DNA of 64,000 nucleotides from an uncultured delta proteobacterium (GCA_963695875.1 CAVOID010000010.1:149861-213860), one strand, 5' to 3'; counted from the first letter of the stretch, positions 32,250 through 45,476 are shown. Numbers and translations: made by a program. Notes: generated by a model from the sequence alone, not told the origin.

Positions 32250-33020
32250 GTGAACATTGTTGCATGCGTAAAGCAGGTTCCGGACACGGAAACCCTGATC
32301 AAGGTGAAACCTGATGGATCGGGGATTGATGAGACTGGTATTAAATGGGTCATGAACCCTTATGACGAGTTTGGTGTCGAAGAGGCCCTGAGATTGAAGG
32401 AAAAGTATGGTGGCGATGTCACGATAGTAACACTTGGTCCAGCGAGGGCACTCGAGGCACTCAGAACCGCCCTTGCCATGGGCGCTGACAAGGGAATATA
32501 TGTCAATGACCCGGTTTTTGATAATGTAGATGCCTATACTGTAGCAGCGGCCCTGGCAGCAGCCATCAAAGGTATTCCACATGACATTATCTTTTGCGGA
32601 CAGCGGGCGATTGACGACGACTCCGGTCAGGTTGGAGCTATCTTGGCTGAACTTTTGGGTATCCCTCAGGTAGTCGTTGTCACAAAGGTCGATGTCGAAG
32701 GCAAATCCGTCAAGGTGATAAGACCTATCGAAGGTGCCCAGCTTCTTATAGAGAGTCCCCTGCCATGTGTGATAACAGCCCAGAAAGGTTTGAATGAGCC
32801 TCGTTATGCATCCCTTCCGGGTATCATGAAGGCCAAGAAGAAACCAGTTGATACCAAGGTCGCCACAGGGCTGGGTGTGTCCGTCGACGTAAAGGCAAAG
32901 ATCGCTAGAACCCTTCCACCCCCGGCCAGGCCTCCAGGAAAGATTATCTGCGGCGAGGAACCGGCAGAAAAGGCCAGAGAACTGGCCAGACTGCTCAGGG
33001 AAGAGGCAAAAGTTATATAA
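32250..33020 (+). CDS. etfB: Electron transfer flavoprotein beta subunit
   Basis: CVKQVPD, NPYD, ALAMGAD, D.GQV, NEPRY. Confidence 0.95.
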   Translation: MNIVACVKQVPDTETLIKVKPDGSGIDETGIKWVMNPYDEFGVEEALRLKEKYGGDVTIVTLGPARALEALRTALAMGADKGIYVNDPVFDNVDAYTVAAALAAAIKGIPHDIIFCGQRAIDDDSGQVGAILAELLGIPQVVVVTKVDVEGKSVKVIRPIEGAQLLIESPLPCVITAQKGLNEPRYASLPGIMKAKKKPVDTKVATGLGVSVDVKAKIARTLPPPARPPGKIICGEEPAEKARELARLLREEAKVI

Positions 33021-33044
33021 TTATCGACTATGGAGGTGTAAAAA

Positions 33045-34022
33045 ATGGCTAAAGGTGTATGGATCGTTGCAGAACAGAGATACGGAGCCTACCGGAAAAT
33101 CAGTTTTGAACTGGCCAGTACGGCCAGGAAACTTGCGGACCAGCTTGGAGAAGAAGTTGGTGCTATTCTGCTTGGTTCCGGGATTGAGGCATTGGCCGGT
33201 GAGTTAGGGAAATACGGAGTCGATAAAGTATATGTAGCTGACAATGCCCTTTTAGAACCCTATACTACTGATGCCCACGCTGCGGCAGTTGCCCGGCTGG
33301 TGAAGGAAAATAATCCCTCTATTCTGCTTTTCGGCGCTTCCGCTCAAGGCAAGGATCTTTCTGCCCGCCTTGTGGGCAAGCTGGCGACAGGAATGGCAAC
33401 AGATTGTGTTGATGTGAAGATAGTGGACGGCAAATTGCTCGCTTTAAGGCCCATGTATGCCGGTAAATGTTATGGTGAAGTCTTAACGTCGTCTTTCCCC
33501 CAGATGGCTTCTTTGCGGCCTAATGTATTTCCCGCCGTTGAAAATTCTAAGACGCCGGAAGTAATCAAATTCGACCCCGGCCTTGATCCAAGCCAGTTGA
33601 AAACGAAGGTACTTGAAGTACAGAAGGACACGGCAGGGAAGGTTGACCTGACCGAGGCTAATATCATTGTATCCGGCGGACGCGGGATGAAAGGACCGGA
33701 AAATTACGTAATATTGGAAGAACTGGCAGATGTTCTGGGAGCAACGGTCGGGGCATCCAGAGCAGCGGTGGATGCGGGTTGGAGGCCCCAGAAGGATCAG
33801 GTTGGGCAGACTGGAAAGATCGTTTCCCCCAATCTTTATGTAGCCTGCGGCATATCCGGTGCAATCCAGCATTTGGCCGGCATGGGTACTTCTAAATACA
33901 TCGTAGCAATTAATAAGGACCCGGATGCTCCGATCTTCGCGCGGGCTGATTACGGAATCGTAGATGATCTCTTTAAGGTTGTCCCGGAACTTACAAAAGA
34001 GGTTAAGAAACTGCTGGCTTAA
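33045..34022 (+). CDS. etfA: Electron transfer flavoprotein alpha subunit
   Basis: [32 protein letters not shown]. Confidence 0.95.
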   Translation: MAKGVWIVAEQRYGAYRKISFELASTARKLADQLGEEVGAILLGSGIEALAGELGKYGVDKVYVADNALLEPYTTDAHAAAVARLVKENNPSILLFGASAQGKDLSARLVGKLATGMATDCVDVKIVDGKLLALRPMYAGKCYGEVLTSSFPQMASLRPNVFPAVENSKTPEVIKFDPGLDPSQLKTKVLEVQKDTAGKVDLTEANIIVSGGRGMKGPENYVILEELADVLGATVGASRAAVDAGWRPQKDQVGQTGKIVSPNLYVACGISGAIQHLAGMGTSKYIVAINKDPDAPIFARADYGIVDDLFKVVPELTKEVKKLLA

Positions 34023-34234
34023 TTAAGAGCTTTGTGCGAGGCGCTCAGCGTGGCTCTAAATCTTTTTTCGCGTTTCATGATGAAATTTAACAAACCAATT
34101 AAAATGGATGGTTTTATAAATACCCATCAGAGAGAAAAAACATTTGATTACCCGCTCAGGACCACTTGCGCAAAGAGGTTATAATAATACGGGGGCGTGT
34201 GTGACGCCCCCTTTTTTTGAAAAAAAGAGGTGTT

Positions 34235-36364
34235 ATGGAACTGTCAAAGTTTTCAGTTGGCAACGAGGGTAGAGAGGTCTTCTGGAATGCTGAGAATTTT
34301 GAGGGGCTTCTTTTTGTCTTTACGGCTGTCGCGCTGGCCATTTTTGCTTACGGGATTTACAAAAGGTGGCAGATGTGGACTGCCCTCGGCAAACCGGAGG
34401 TCAGAAATGATAACATTAAGGAACGAATTAAACTGCTCCTCCTTAATGGTCTGTTTCAGATTAAGACATTCAGAGACGCCTATCCAGGCGTTATGCACGG
34501 CTTGATCTTTTTCGGGTTCCTAGGCCTGATATTCGGTGCTGCATTTGATGCTACGGAATTTCATGTTGGCGAGCCGTTTGGCGCTCCCTTCTTGATAGGA
34601 AAATTCTATCTTATATTTTCTTTTCTTATGGAAGTATTCGGTTTATTTGTTCTTATAGGGATTTTTATAGCTGCGGAAAGGAGATATATTACAAAGCCTG
34701 ATCGTCTTGGGTACAAGGAGAAGTCCGACAATACACCTGATGACGCAATCGTCCTCATTCTGCTCGGAGGCATAATTATTACAGGATTTATCATTGAAGC
34801 GTTAAGAATTCACGTCACTGATCCTCCGTGGGAGGTCTGGTCTTTTGTCGGTTACACCCTGGCAAAGGCATTTTCAGGCATCGATCATGGCACGGCAAGA
34901 ATAGTTCACAAGGTGATGTGGTGGACTCACACCTTCATCGCTCTGGGTTTCATCGCCTACATCCCTTACTCAAGGCTGCTGCATATCATCACCACTCCTG
35001 CCAATCATTTCATGGCTTCGTTAAAACCAGTAGGAAACATTGAACCGATACGCGATTTTGAAACGGCAGAATCCTTTGGTGCGGGACAACTCGAAGATTT
35101 TACCTGGAAACAGATATTTGATTCCGATGCATGTACGCGCTGCGGGCGGTGCCAGGATGGTTGCCCGGCCTATCTGTCCGGGAAACCTCTGTCGCCAAAG
35201 AAAGTAGTACAGGATTTGAAAACTTACTGGCTTGAGAGGGCTCCATTGGTGTCAGCAGCGAAGAAGGCCGGAAGTAAGACAGGAGAAGGCGCGGTACCCG
35301 AAATACCGGCCCCGGGAAAAACAATGGTGGGAGAAGTGATAGATCTGCACGAACTGTGGGCCTGCACAAACTGCATGTACTGCATGGAACATTGTTCGTC
35401 CTCAATCGAGCATGTTCCGAAGATCGTAAATATGAGACAGTACAAGGTTCTGACGGAAGCGGATTTTGCCCCCGAACTTCAGTTGACCTTCAGGAACATG
35501 GAGAATAATTCTAACCCCTGGGGTGTCGGTTCTCACATTCGAGCCGACTGGGCAAAGGATTTAGGTATCAAGACACTTGCTGAGGATCCAGATGTTGAGT
35601 ATCTCTTCTATGTAGGATGTGCCGGATCATTTGATGACCGGGGAAAGAAGGTATCTGCGGCATTTGCAAAGATCCTGAAGGCAGCCGGTGTAAGCTTTGG
35701 TATTCTCGGTACTGAAGAGGGCTGCTGTGGCGATTCAGCTATGCGGGGTGGAAATGAATATCTCTCACAGGCCCTTATGCAGGCTAATATCGAGGTCATG
35801 AACGGCTATGGTGTTAAGAAAATAATCTGTACATGTCCTCACGGTTTTAATACCCTGAAAAAGGACTATCCCCACTTCGGTGGAAACTACGAGGTTTATC
35901 ACCATACGGAGATCATCTCTCAGCTGATTGCTGCCGGGAAGATCACCTTTAAAAAACCCGTTGAAGGCCTATTCACCTATCACGATTCCTGTTTCCTCGG
36001 CAGATACAACGACATCTACGATCAGCCCCGAAAGATTCTAACTGCCGTTCCCGGCATGAAGCTGGCAGAAATGGAGCGGAAACTCGATAAGAGCTTCTGC
36101 TGCGGCGCAGGCGGGGCGAGGATGTGGATGGAAGAGCATGACGGTGAAAGAATCAATAACATGAGGACCGATCAGGCTATTGCCACAAATGCCGGTAATA
36201 TCGCCGTGGCATGCCCGTTCTGTCTGACCATGATGAGTGACGGAATCAAAGCCAGGGAAAAGGAAGAAAAGATGGCTTCATTAGACATTGCCGAGATTGT
36301 CTGGCGTGCCATGGGTCTTGAAGAAGAAAAACCGCCTGTAGATGTGTGTGCACCCACTAAATAG
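34235..36364 (+). CDS. Membrane-anchored FeS oxidoreductase with CCG domains (DUF224/HdrF-like; putative ETF:quinone oxidoreductase)
   Basis: N-terminal TM helices with His residues, C..C..C...CP clusters, two CCG domains; directly after etfBA. Confidence 0.85.
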   Translation: MELSKFSVGNEGREVFWNAENFEGLLFVFTAVALAIFAYGIYKRWQMWTALGKPEVRNDNIKERIKLLLLNGLFQIKTFRDAYPGVMHGLIFFGFLGLIFGAAFDATEFHVGEPFGAPFLIGKFYLIFSFLMEVFGLFVLIGIFIAAERRYITKPDRLGYKEKSDNTPDDAIVLILLGGIIITGFIIEALRIHVTDPPWEVWSFVGYTLAKAFSGIDHGTARIVHKVMWWTHTFIALGFIAYIPYSRLLHIITTPANHFMASLKPVGNIEPIRDFETAESFGAGQLEDFTWKQIFDSDACTRCGRCQDGCPAYLSGKPLSPKKVVQDLKTYWLERAPLVSAAKKAGSKTGEGAVPEIPAPGKTMVGEVIDLHELWACTNCMYCMEHCSSSIEHVPKIVNMRQYKVLTEADFAPELQLTFRNMENNSNPWGVGSHIRADWAKDLGIKTLAEDPDVEYLFYVGCAGSFDDRGKKVSAAFAKILKAAGVSFGILGTEEGCCGDSAMRGGNEYLSQALMQANIEVMNGYGVKKIICTCPHGFNTLKKDYPHFGGNYEVYHHTEIISQLIAAGKITFKKPVEGLFTYHDSCFLGRYNDIYDQPRKILTAVPGMKLAEMERKLDKSFCCGAGGARMWMEEHDGERINNMRTDQAIATNAGNIAVACPFCLTMMSDGIKAREKEEKMASLDIAEIVWRAMGLEEEKPPVDVCAPTK

Positions 36365-36400
36365 AATACTTACCGAGAAAGAATAGCTGCTCTTTAAAAG

Positions 36401-36431
36401 GCCCCTGACTGCTGGAGTTCGGGGCTTTTTT
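36401..36431 (+). terminator. Intrinsic terminator
   Basis: GCCCC..GGGGC stem plus TTTTTT. Confidence 0.7.
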
Positions 36432-36545
36432 GTGGCAATTTAAACAATATTGTTTTAAGAATTATAATCAATATAATGATGGTATCGTTAGTAATGTCAG
36501 TATTCTAAACCTGAACCAAGAGATGTGTTTAAAGCACGCTTTTTA

Positions 36546-36670
36546 GCAGGCTGTTGAAAAACATTCAGCTGCAAGGCGCGCAAGACCCGAGTCGTGAGGC
36601 GTACATAGACGTACGTTGAACGACTAAGGGCCCAGCGCAATGCCGCAGATGGATGTTTTTCAACATGTCC
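36546..36670. mobile_element. MITE-like element (simplest copy of the family)
   Basis: TIRs CTGTTGAAAAACAT / ATGTTTTTCAACA; internal motifs shared with the 5795 and 14424 copies. Confidence 0.7.
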
Positions 36671-36696
36671 CACCACCACAAGAGAAAGGAGGGTGC

Positions 36697-38403
36697 ATGA
36701 ATATGGACGGAGAGATTAAGTATATGGACAAACCATGGCTGAAATCCTACGAAAAGGGTGTACCGGCAACGATTAATTACAAAGAGCTTTGTATGCCGGA
36801 CTTTCATGGACAGCGACGGCGCAGGCCTTTCCCGATAAGACAGCCCTGATCTTTCAGGGTTACAAGCTGACGTTCAGGCAGTCTAAAGAAATGGTGGACC
36901 GATTTGCGACATGCCTTACTGATTTCGGTATCAAGCCAAGGGATGCCGTAGCGATCCTTCTTGCCCAATTTGATCCCCTGCGTTATTGCCTATCTTGCCA
37001 TACTGAAGGTCGGTGCGATCGCGGTCATGAACAATCCCCTCTATACCAACCACGAGCTCGATCATCAGTTCAATGATTCCGGGTCCAAGGCGCTGATCAC
37101 CCTTGATCTTCTGGCAAACCGCATGATTGATCTCCGGCCAAAAACCAAGATCAAGCAAATCGTGTATACATCGATCGGTGATTATCTTCCCTTCCCCAAA
37201 AATCTCCTTTTCCCGCTCGTGGCCAAGAAGAAAAAGCTCGCTGCCGATGTCAAACCGTCGACGGATGTGTTTGCATGGAAGGAGTGCATCGCCAGATACC
37301 AACCGAACCCGCCAGCCGTTCAGTTGGGTTTTGAGGATGTGGCCATGTATCAGTACACGGGAGGAACAACAGGGGTATCCAAAGGCGTAATGCTCACCCA
37401 CGCCAACCTGAGCAAACAGGTGCAGCAGATAGAGGCCTGGTTTCCCGGATTTGACAGGGGAACCGAGATCATGCTGGGAGCTCTTCCCTATTTCCATTCT
37501 TTCGGCTTGTCCACATGCGATGAATTTATCTGTCTATCAGGGATGGACACAGATATTGATTCCCAGGCCCCAGCCTCAACCTTTGCTCGAAGCCATCAGA
37601 AAATTCAGGCCGACGTTCGCTCCGCTGGTGCCGACCATGTATATCGGAATGCTCAATCACCCCGATCTGAAAAAAACAGATATGAGCTGCATCAGGGGAG
37701 CCTTCTCCGGAAGCGCTCCCCTGCCCGTGGAAGTCATCCATGACTTTGAGAAAATGACAGGGGCCATAATTGTCGAGGGATTCGGACTGACGGAAACTAC
37801 ACCTGTGACCCATATCAATCCTTTCGGCGGTGTCCGCAAGGTGGGCAGCATCGGTATCCCTATTTCAGACACTCAGTGCCGCATTGTCAGTCTTGATGAC
37901 GGCGTGACAGACGTGCCTTTGGGAGAGCCTGGGGAAGCTGATCATCAAGGGACCGCAGGTCATGAAGGGCTACAAGGACATGCCGGAAGAAACGGCGAAC
38001 ACCCTTCGGGATGGCTGGTTATATACGGGGGATATCGCTACGATGGATCAGGACGGATACTTTTACATCGTGGACCGGAAGAAGGACATGATTATCTCCG
38101 GCGGCTTCAATATCTACCCACGGGATATTGATGAGGTATTTTACCAGCACCCCAAGGTGCAGGAAGCGTGTTCCATCGGAATTCCGGATCCGAAAAGAGG
38201 GGAAAATGTGAAGGTATTCGTCGTTCTCAAGGAAGGTGATGACAGCAACAAAGGAAGAACTCATAGAATTCTGCAAAACAAGGCTTGCAACCTACAAGCT
38301 TCCGACGGAGATTGAATTCCGCAAGGAACTTCCAAAAACAAACGTGGGTAAGATCCTTCGCAAGCAGCTTAAGGCCGAGGAAATGGAGAAACGAAAAAAG
38401 TAG
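36697..38403 (+). CDS. Long-chain fatty acid--CoA ligase (FadD-like), several frameshifts
   Basis: [42 protein letters not shown] across frames. Confidence 0.88.
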
Positions 38404-38479
38404 TTAGTGTACGTAATAGGTAGTCGTGCTTGGAAAATCCCCCATCCCCCTTTGATCAACGGGAGATGGGGGATTTATT

Positions 38480-39691
38480 TTATGCCCCAAACTTCTCCAG
38501 CCTTCTGGCATGCGCCAAGGCAAGTCCCATGAGATGAACCATCGGCATTCTTCCCAGCCCGCCGCAGATACAGTCCCTCTCACCAAATTTTTCCACCCGA
38601 TCCGGCCTGCATGTCGCTGAATATAGCAGTACCGGCAATGGATGCCAGCTATGGGAGGCAAGGGCTGCCGGCGTTGAATGATCACCCGTCACCACTAAGA
38701 CATCAGGATTTAGTTCCGTAACCAGAGGAATCAGGGAATCCACTTCTTCGATCACCTTCACTTTGGCATCGAAATTCCCGTCCTCACCTCTTGAATCGGT
38801 TGGCTTCACATGAACGAAGAAGAAATCGTATTTCTCGTAATTTTTACGGAGAGCCGAGATTTCCTCTTCAATTGTCACGGGCTGCGGACCTATAACCATT
38901 CCCAGAAGCCGGGCAATGCCGCGGTACATGGGATAACCGGCAATGGCCAGGGCGTTAAGACCAAAGCGTTCGCTTATGTATGGATACCTGCGGTAGCGGG
39001 AATAACCCCGGAGAAGCATCATATTCGCCTTACTTTCATCGGCAAGTACTCCCCTGGCTTTATCAATCAGACTCTGAAGAATGATTGCTGTTTCCTCTGC
39101 TTCCGGAACCAGGGCTTTCGGAGGTAAGGCTGAAAGACCGGTCTTCTGAGGGTCTGTTTCCTGGATATTCTCACAGAGCCTGTCTCCCCTGAGGACTAAG
39201 AGTGCACGGTGTTCCCTGACTGGTTCAAAGATAACCTCCACATCCGATATTTTCCGGATATTCTCCTGAAGCTTCCTGCAGATTCGCTTATTGGTATCGT
39301 TGTCAATCCGGCCGGCTCGCCGATCGATGACAACACCAGCCTTATCGATTGTGGCAAAGTTGATTCTGATCAGCAAGATCGCGCTCAGTCATGGGGTAAT
39401 CGATCCCGGCTGCCTCCAATATTCCCCTTCCGATGTTGTTTTTCACGGGGTCATAGCCAAAGAGGGCAAAATGGGCAGGACCGCTTCCTGGTGTTATTCC
39501 ATATCCAACTGGATCCAAAAGACCACATATGGATCTTTTAGCCAGAGCATCCATGTTGGGCGTCTTTGCTGCTTCCAGTTCCGTCTGATCCCTGCCCACC
39601 CATCGGCAGACCGCCAAGGCCATCCATGATGAGAAAAATAATCTTTGTGTCATTTTTTACCACCAGGCTTATCAATGAATTCCGGATCCAT
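38480..39691 (-). CDS. apgM: 2,3-bisphosphoglycerate-independent phosphoglycerate mutase (ApgM type), frameshifted
   Basis: IMDGLGG, TPNMD.LA, PGSGPAH, HVK.TD..G.DG, GDHSTP..HSWHP. Confidence 0.88.
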
Positions 39692-39732
39692 AAGCAGCAC
39701 CTCAAAAAATTTAAGAATTTATATGACAATGA

Positions 39733-39911
39733 ACAGCTTCGTAAAAAGAGTAAGGTTCAAGCCGCGCATGGTTCGATTGGCTCACCATGACTGTAAATAA
39801 AGCCTGTCCTGAACTTGTCGAAGGACAGTATGCAGAGCAACGCAGCAAGAGCCTGCCTGGCCCCCGCATACGCGGGGTAAACTTCGGCAGGGGGACCATT
39901 CACGAAGCTGT
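39733..39911. mobile_element. MITE-like element carrying three nested REP-like hairpins
   Basis: TIRs ACAGCTTCGTAAA / TTCACGAAGCTGT; inserts CATGGTTCGA..CACCATG, CCTGTCCTGAACTTGTCGAAGG and CCCCGCATACGCGGGG. Confidence 0.6.
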
Positions 39912-39920
39912 CATAGCACC

Positions 39921-41212
39921 TCACACTCTTTCCAGCACTATCGCCATACCCTGCCCTCCACCGATACACAGGGTAGCCAGACCGAGATTCAGGTTTTTCT
40001 TTTTCATCTGCATGGCCAGGGTATAGGTGATTCTGGCACCCGTACAACCGATAGGATGACCAAGGGAAATACCACTGCCATTGATATTACATTTGTCCAA
40101 ATCGATCTTCAGTTCTCTGATGCATGCTATTGCCTGAACAGCAAAGGCCTCATTCAGTTCAATCAGATCGATGTCTTTCATGGTGAGTCCAAGTTTCTTG
40201 AAAATCTTCCGCGTCGCCGGGATGGGTCCAAGACCCATGTAAGCGGGGTCAACACCACCAGCGGCAAATCCTTTGATCTTCGCCAGAGGCTTCAGACCCA
40301 GTTCCTTCGCTTTTTCCGCACTCATGACCACCACAGCTGCGGCACCGTCATTGATGCCGGATGAGTTCCCGGCCGTTACGGTTCCCCCATCCTTCTTGAA
40401 GGCAGTGGGCAGTTTGGCCATCTTCTCGAAGGAAGTGTCCATGGGCCTTTCATCAACTTTAAACACTTTGGGATCACCTTTTTTCTGAGGAATAACAACC
40501 GGCACAATCTCTTCGGCATACGTTCCGTTGGCGATAGCAGCCCTTGCCCTTTGATGACTCATAAGGGCAAGTTCATCCTGTTCCTGTCTCGTGATCCCGT
40601 ATTTTGCCGCGATGTTCTCCGCAGTAAAGCCCATATGATAGCCGTTGAATATTTCATAAAGACCGTCAAACACCATGATGTCCGTAATCTGCCCGAAGGG
40701 CATACCCATGCGATATCCCCAGCGGGCGTCTGGTAGGCCGAACGGTGCATTGCTCATGTTTTCCATGCCCCCGCAACAATTGCATCTGCATCTCCGCTCT
40801 TGATGATCTGCGTCGCCAGCGTTATGGCCTTCATACCCGACGCACACACCTTATTGACTGTAAACGCGTTGGTCTCCTCCGGCAAGCCGGCATAAATGCT
40901 CGCCTGTCGCGCCGGATTCTGTCCAAGAGCCGCCTGGATCACGTTTCCCATGATGCATTCATCAAAATAGACCGACTTCAAACCCTTGTCATAATCGTAA
41001 TATTTTTTATTGATGTCGGTCATGTCAAAGTCTCCGAAGACATCAGGGCGGCTGGATTTCACAAATTCACTGATAGCCGGCCGCAGTCCTGCTCTCTTGA
41101 CGGCCTCCTTGATAACGAGCGCACCAAGATCAACCGTCCTCACTCCATTCAGTGCACATCCGAAACTGCCAACGGCAGTTCTTGCACCACTCACAATCAC
41201 AACTTCTCTCAT
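39921..41212 (-). CDS. Acetyl-CoA C-acetyltransferase (thiolase), frameshift near 40770
   Basis: [43 protein letters not shown]. Confidence 0.93.
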
Positions 41213-41279
41213 CTTAAATCCTCCTTAAATTAATAAAGCATTACGCTTAATTTGCTTTCAAAGAATAATCTGCTAATCG

Positions 41280-42753
41280 CTATGAAGGACTCTTCGCATC
41301 AAGCGATTCTACAAATTCTACTTCCCGCGGCACTTTATAGGAGGATAGATAGGTCCTGCAATGTCTTGTAATATCCCTTTCTTCTGCCGGCACATCCGGA
41401 TTCCGAACAATCAGGGCCTTTACAATTTCTCCCCTTAACAGATCGGGTTTGCTGACAACCATGGCGGCCTTAACCGCAGGATGAAGTTCCAGAACCATCT
41501 CAACCTCCCGCGGATAGACATTGAAACCGCTTGTTATAATCATCCTTTTTTTACGCCCGGTGAGGAATATGTATCCAGCCTCGTCAATCCTCGCCAGATC
41601 ACTTGTATGGAGCCAGCCGTTCCTGATGACACGAGCGGTTGCCTCCTCATCCTTGTAGTAACCCTTCATCACATTCTCACCCCTGATGACAAGCTCTCCG
41701 ATCTCGCTGCTTGGAACCTCATTATCCTGGTCGTCAAATACCTTTGCCTCAACACCGGGAATAACAGTTCCGATTGATCCCGGCTTGTGCACCATATCCC
41801 GTCTGCCCACAGAACATACAGGGGATGCTTCTGTAAGACCATAGCCTTCTCTCAAGATGACGTTAAATTTCTGCTCGAACACCGGAATAAATTCAGGCGG
41901 CATCGTTGAACCACCGGTAATGCAAAAATCTATTGAACTGACATCATATTTTTCCGCATCGTTATGCATGATCATGCCCAAAAAAAGCCTGGGTACAGCG
42001 GCAATATAGGTGACTTTTTCCTTCTCGATAGTACTGAAAATGGCATCCATGGTAATCCGATCCAAGCAGATACGATACTGGCACCAATTCGGATGGCAGC
42101 TAACATATTGGCCACAGCACCGAAGGCATGAAACAGAGGAATAACAGCAAGCCCCCGGTCCTTATCTGTGGCATGATATACAGCTCCAGAGAAGATCGGA
42201 TTGGGATAGCAGATTGCCATTGGTAAGTACTGCGCCAAGAGGTTTCCCGGTAAGACCGGCCGTATAGATCATGACAGCAGGATCGTTATCAGCTATCTCA
42301 GGCATTTCGAGATCAAAGGGGCCTCCCTTGATTATATCACGGAAAGGTGAATCTGATTCCAGTGCCACTGGTGGTTATAATATTACTACAAAGCGGGACA
42401 TCCTGTCTGATTTCCTCATACCTTTTTGCTAGCGGCGTTTCTGTAATCAAACATTTTGCATCACTGTTTCCCAGGAGATGGCGAAGTTCATAGGAAGTGG
42501 ACAGGACATTTAATGTAACGGCTACGGCACCGATCTTCTGAACCGCGAAGTAGGACATTACAAATTCAGGACAATTGGGAAGCATGATGGCAACTTTATC
42601 CCCTTTTTGTATACCCATGCCCCTCAGCCCATTCCCCAAGGCATTCACAGCCCTGTTCAATGCCTCGTAGGTCAAATATGTTCTATCATAGACAATACAC
42701 ACGTTGTCTGCATGACGACGGCAACTTTCTTCAAGCATCTGACCAAGACTCAT
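41280..42753 (-). CDS. AMP-dependent acyl-CoA ligase, several frameshifts
   Basis: YTAGLTGKPLG, PLFHAFG, EGYGLTE, GFNVYPREVE. Confidence 0.85.
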
Positions 42754-42911
42754 ACTGATATACCATCTCCCGATTTTTTTACATTGTTAGCACAGGATGA
42801 TTTGTTTTTTCAAGCAGAACTCTCTCAGTCATCGTTTTTCCCTTGATTGCACGATTTGTTTCACCTATAATCCGATTCGAAAATTGTCTAAATCATAGGA
42901 CAAAAGGGGAA

Positions 42912-43442
42912 ATGATGAGAAGAATTGTTTTCTTTGTTTTTCTGGCATTGTTGTGGAACGTATGTTTCGCCTCGGCTGAATTAAAGGTGGGTGACAAGGC
43001 GGCTGACTTCATATTGAAAGATTCACTGGGCAGGGAGTTTACCCTTAATTCACCGGAATTTTATGGAAGGGTCGTCTACATAAACTACTCAGACATTAGT
43101 TCTAAAGACATGAACAAACATGTCGACGATTCTCTCAAAGGAGATCCCGGAATTGATAGGAAAAGTAGCTACGTCGGGTTTGGAATTGCCAACATGAAAG
43201 CAAGCATAGTACCCGATTTTATTATCGCCAGAGCCATAAAAAGCAAACAGCGGGAAACGGGTGCGACCATTCTTCTGGATGATAACTACTACATCATGAA
43301 TCTCTGGGGATTGAAAAACCACACCTCCAATTTGGTCGTCCTGGATAAATACAGAATTTGCCGTTACATTTATAACGGCAGGCTACCCCAAGAAGAAGTC
43401 GCCAAGTTGATTAAAATAATTAAAGAGTATCAGGTAAAATAA
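42912..43442 (+). CDS. Exported YtfJ-like / thioredoxin-fold protein
   Basis: Signal peptide, VGD.A.DF.L.D, WGL..H, VVLDK; no CxxC. Confidence 0.55.
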   Translation: MMRRIVFFVFLALLWNVCFASAELKVGDKAADFILKDSLGREFTLNSPEFYGRVVYINYSDISSKDMNKHVDDSLKGDPGIDRKSSYVGFGIANMKASIVPDFIIARAIKSKQRETGATILLDDNYYIMNLWGLKNHTSNLVVLDKYRICRYIYNGRLPQEEVAKLIKIIKEYQVK

Positions 43443-43492
43443 GCCTGATTTCTCCTGCATACGTGTGTTGCAACAATAGGTACTTTTCTACA

Positions 43493-44364
43493 ATGGCTGT
43501 AATCATAGACGGAAAGAAGATAGCACAGGATATAAGGAATGAAGTGAAGGCGGAAGCCCTACGCCTTAGGGAAGTAACCGGGATAATACCGGGGCTTGCT
43601 GTCGTCCTTGTCGGAGATGATCCGGCATCAAAGATTTATCTGAAGCACAAGGAGAATGCCCGCAAGGAAGCAGGCTTTTTATCGCAGGAATTTAGACTGC
43701 CGCGGAATACACGCGAAGATGAGCTTCTCACTATCATCCACGGGCTCAATAATGATAAAAGCATTCATGGCATTCTGGTACAGCTACCCCTTCCCGGTCA
43801 TATCAACGCCGCGACAATTATAGAGGCAATCGATCCCAGGAAAGACGTCGACGGGTTTCATCCTTACAATTTAGGGCGGCTCTTTACCGGCAACCCCCAT
43901 CACGTAGCCTGCACACCCAAGGGCATTCTGGAACTTATGGATCGGAACATGCAATCACGGTAGAGGGAAAAGAAGCAGTCATCGTGGGAAGAAGCAATAT
44001 TGTGGGAAAGCCGCTTGCTTTGTTACTCCTCAACCGCCACGCCACGGTAACCGTATGCCATACAAAGACACGAGAGCTTCCGGCAGTGACAAGGCGCGCA
44101 GAGATTCTGATAGCAGCAGCGGGAAAGCCTGAAATGATAGGGGCCGATATGGTTAAAGACGGCGCTGTCGTAATCGATGTGGGTGTAAACAGGTTTGATG
44201 ATGGTCGTCTTGTGGGGGATGTGGCGTTTTCTGAAGTGCTTAAAAAAGCTTCCTATATTACACCCGTACCAGGTGGCGTAGGCCCTATGACAATCGCCAT
44301 GTTGCTTGTCAATACACTCAAAGCAGCTTCCCGTTCACTCGAAACCCTTGAATCCTTAAGATAG
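43493..44364 (+). CDS. folD: Methylenetetrahydrofolate dehydrogenase/cyclohydrolase, frameshift near 43950
   Basis: [47 protein letters not shown]. Confidence 0.93.
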
Positions 44365-44397
44365 GACGCCGGCAACTTTTCCGCAAATGAGACAAAT

Positions 44398-44430
44398 AAA
44401 AAAACCCCCTCCCGTTCAGAGAGGGGGTTT
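44398..44430 (-). terminator. Intrinsic terminator after mdh
   Basis: AAACCCCCTC..GAGGGGGTTT stem with T-run on the minus strand. Confidence 0.7.
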
Positions 44431-44456
44431 CAGGGTGTCATCAAGCTCGTTTTCGA

Positions 44457-45413
<957 letters not shown>

Positions 45414-45476
45414 CTATTTTTCAAATATCAAAATAAGTAAACTTACGACTCGCCACGTTCCTGAAATAGCGCTTCC

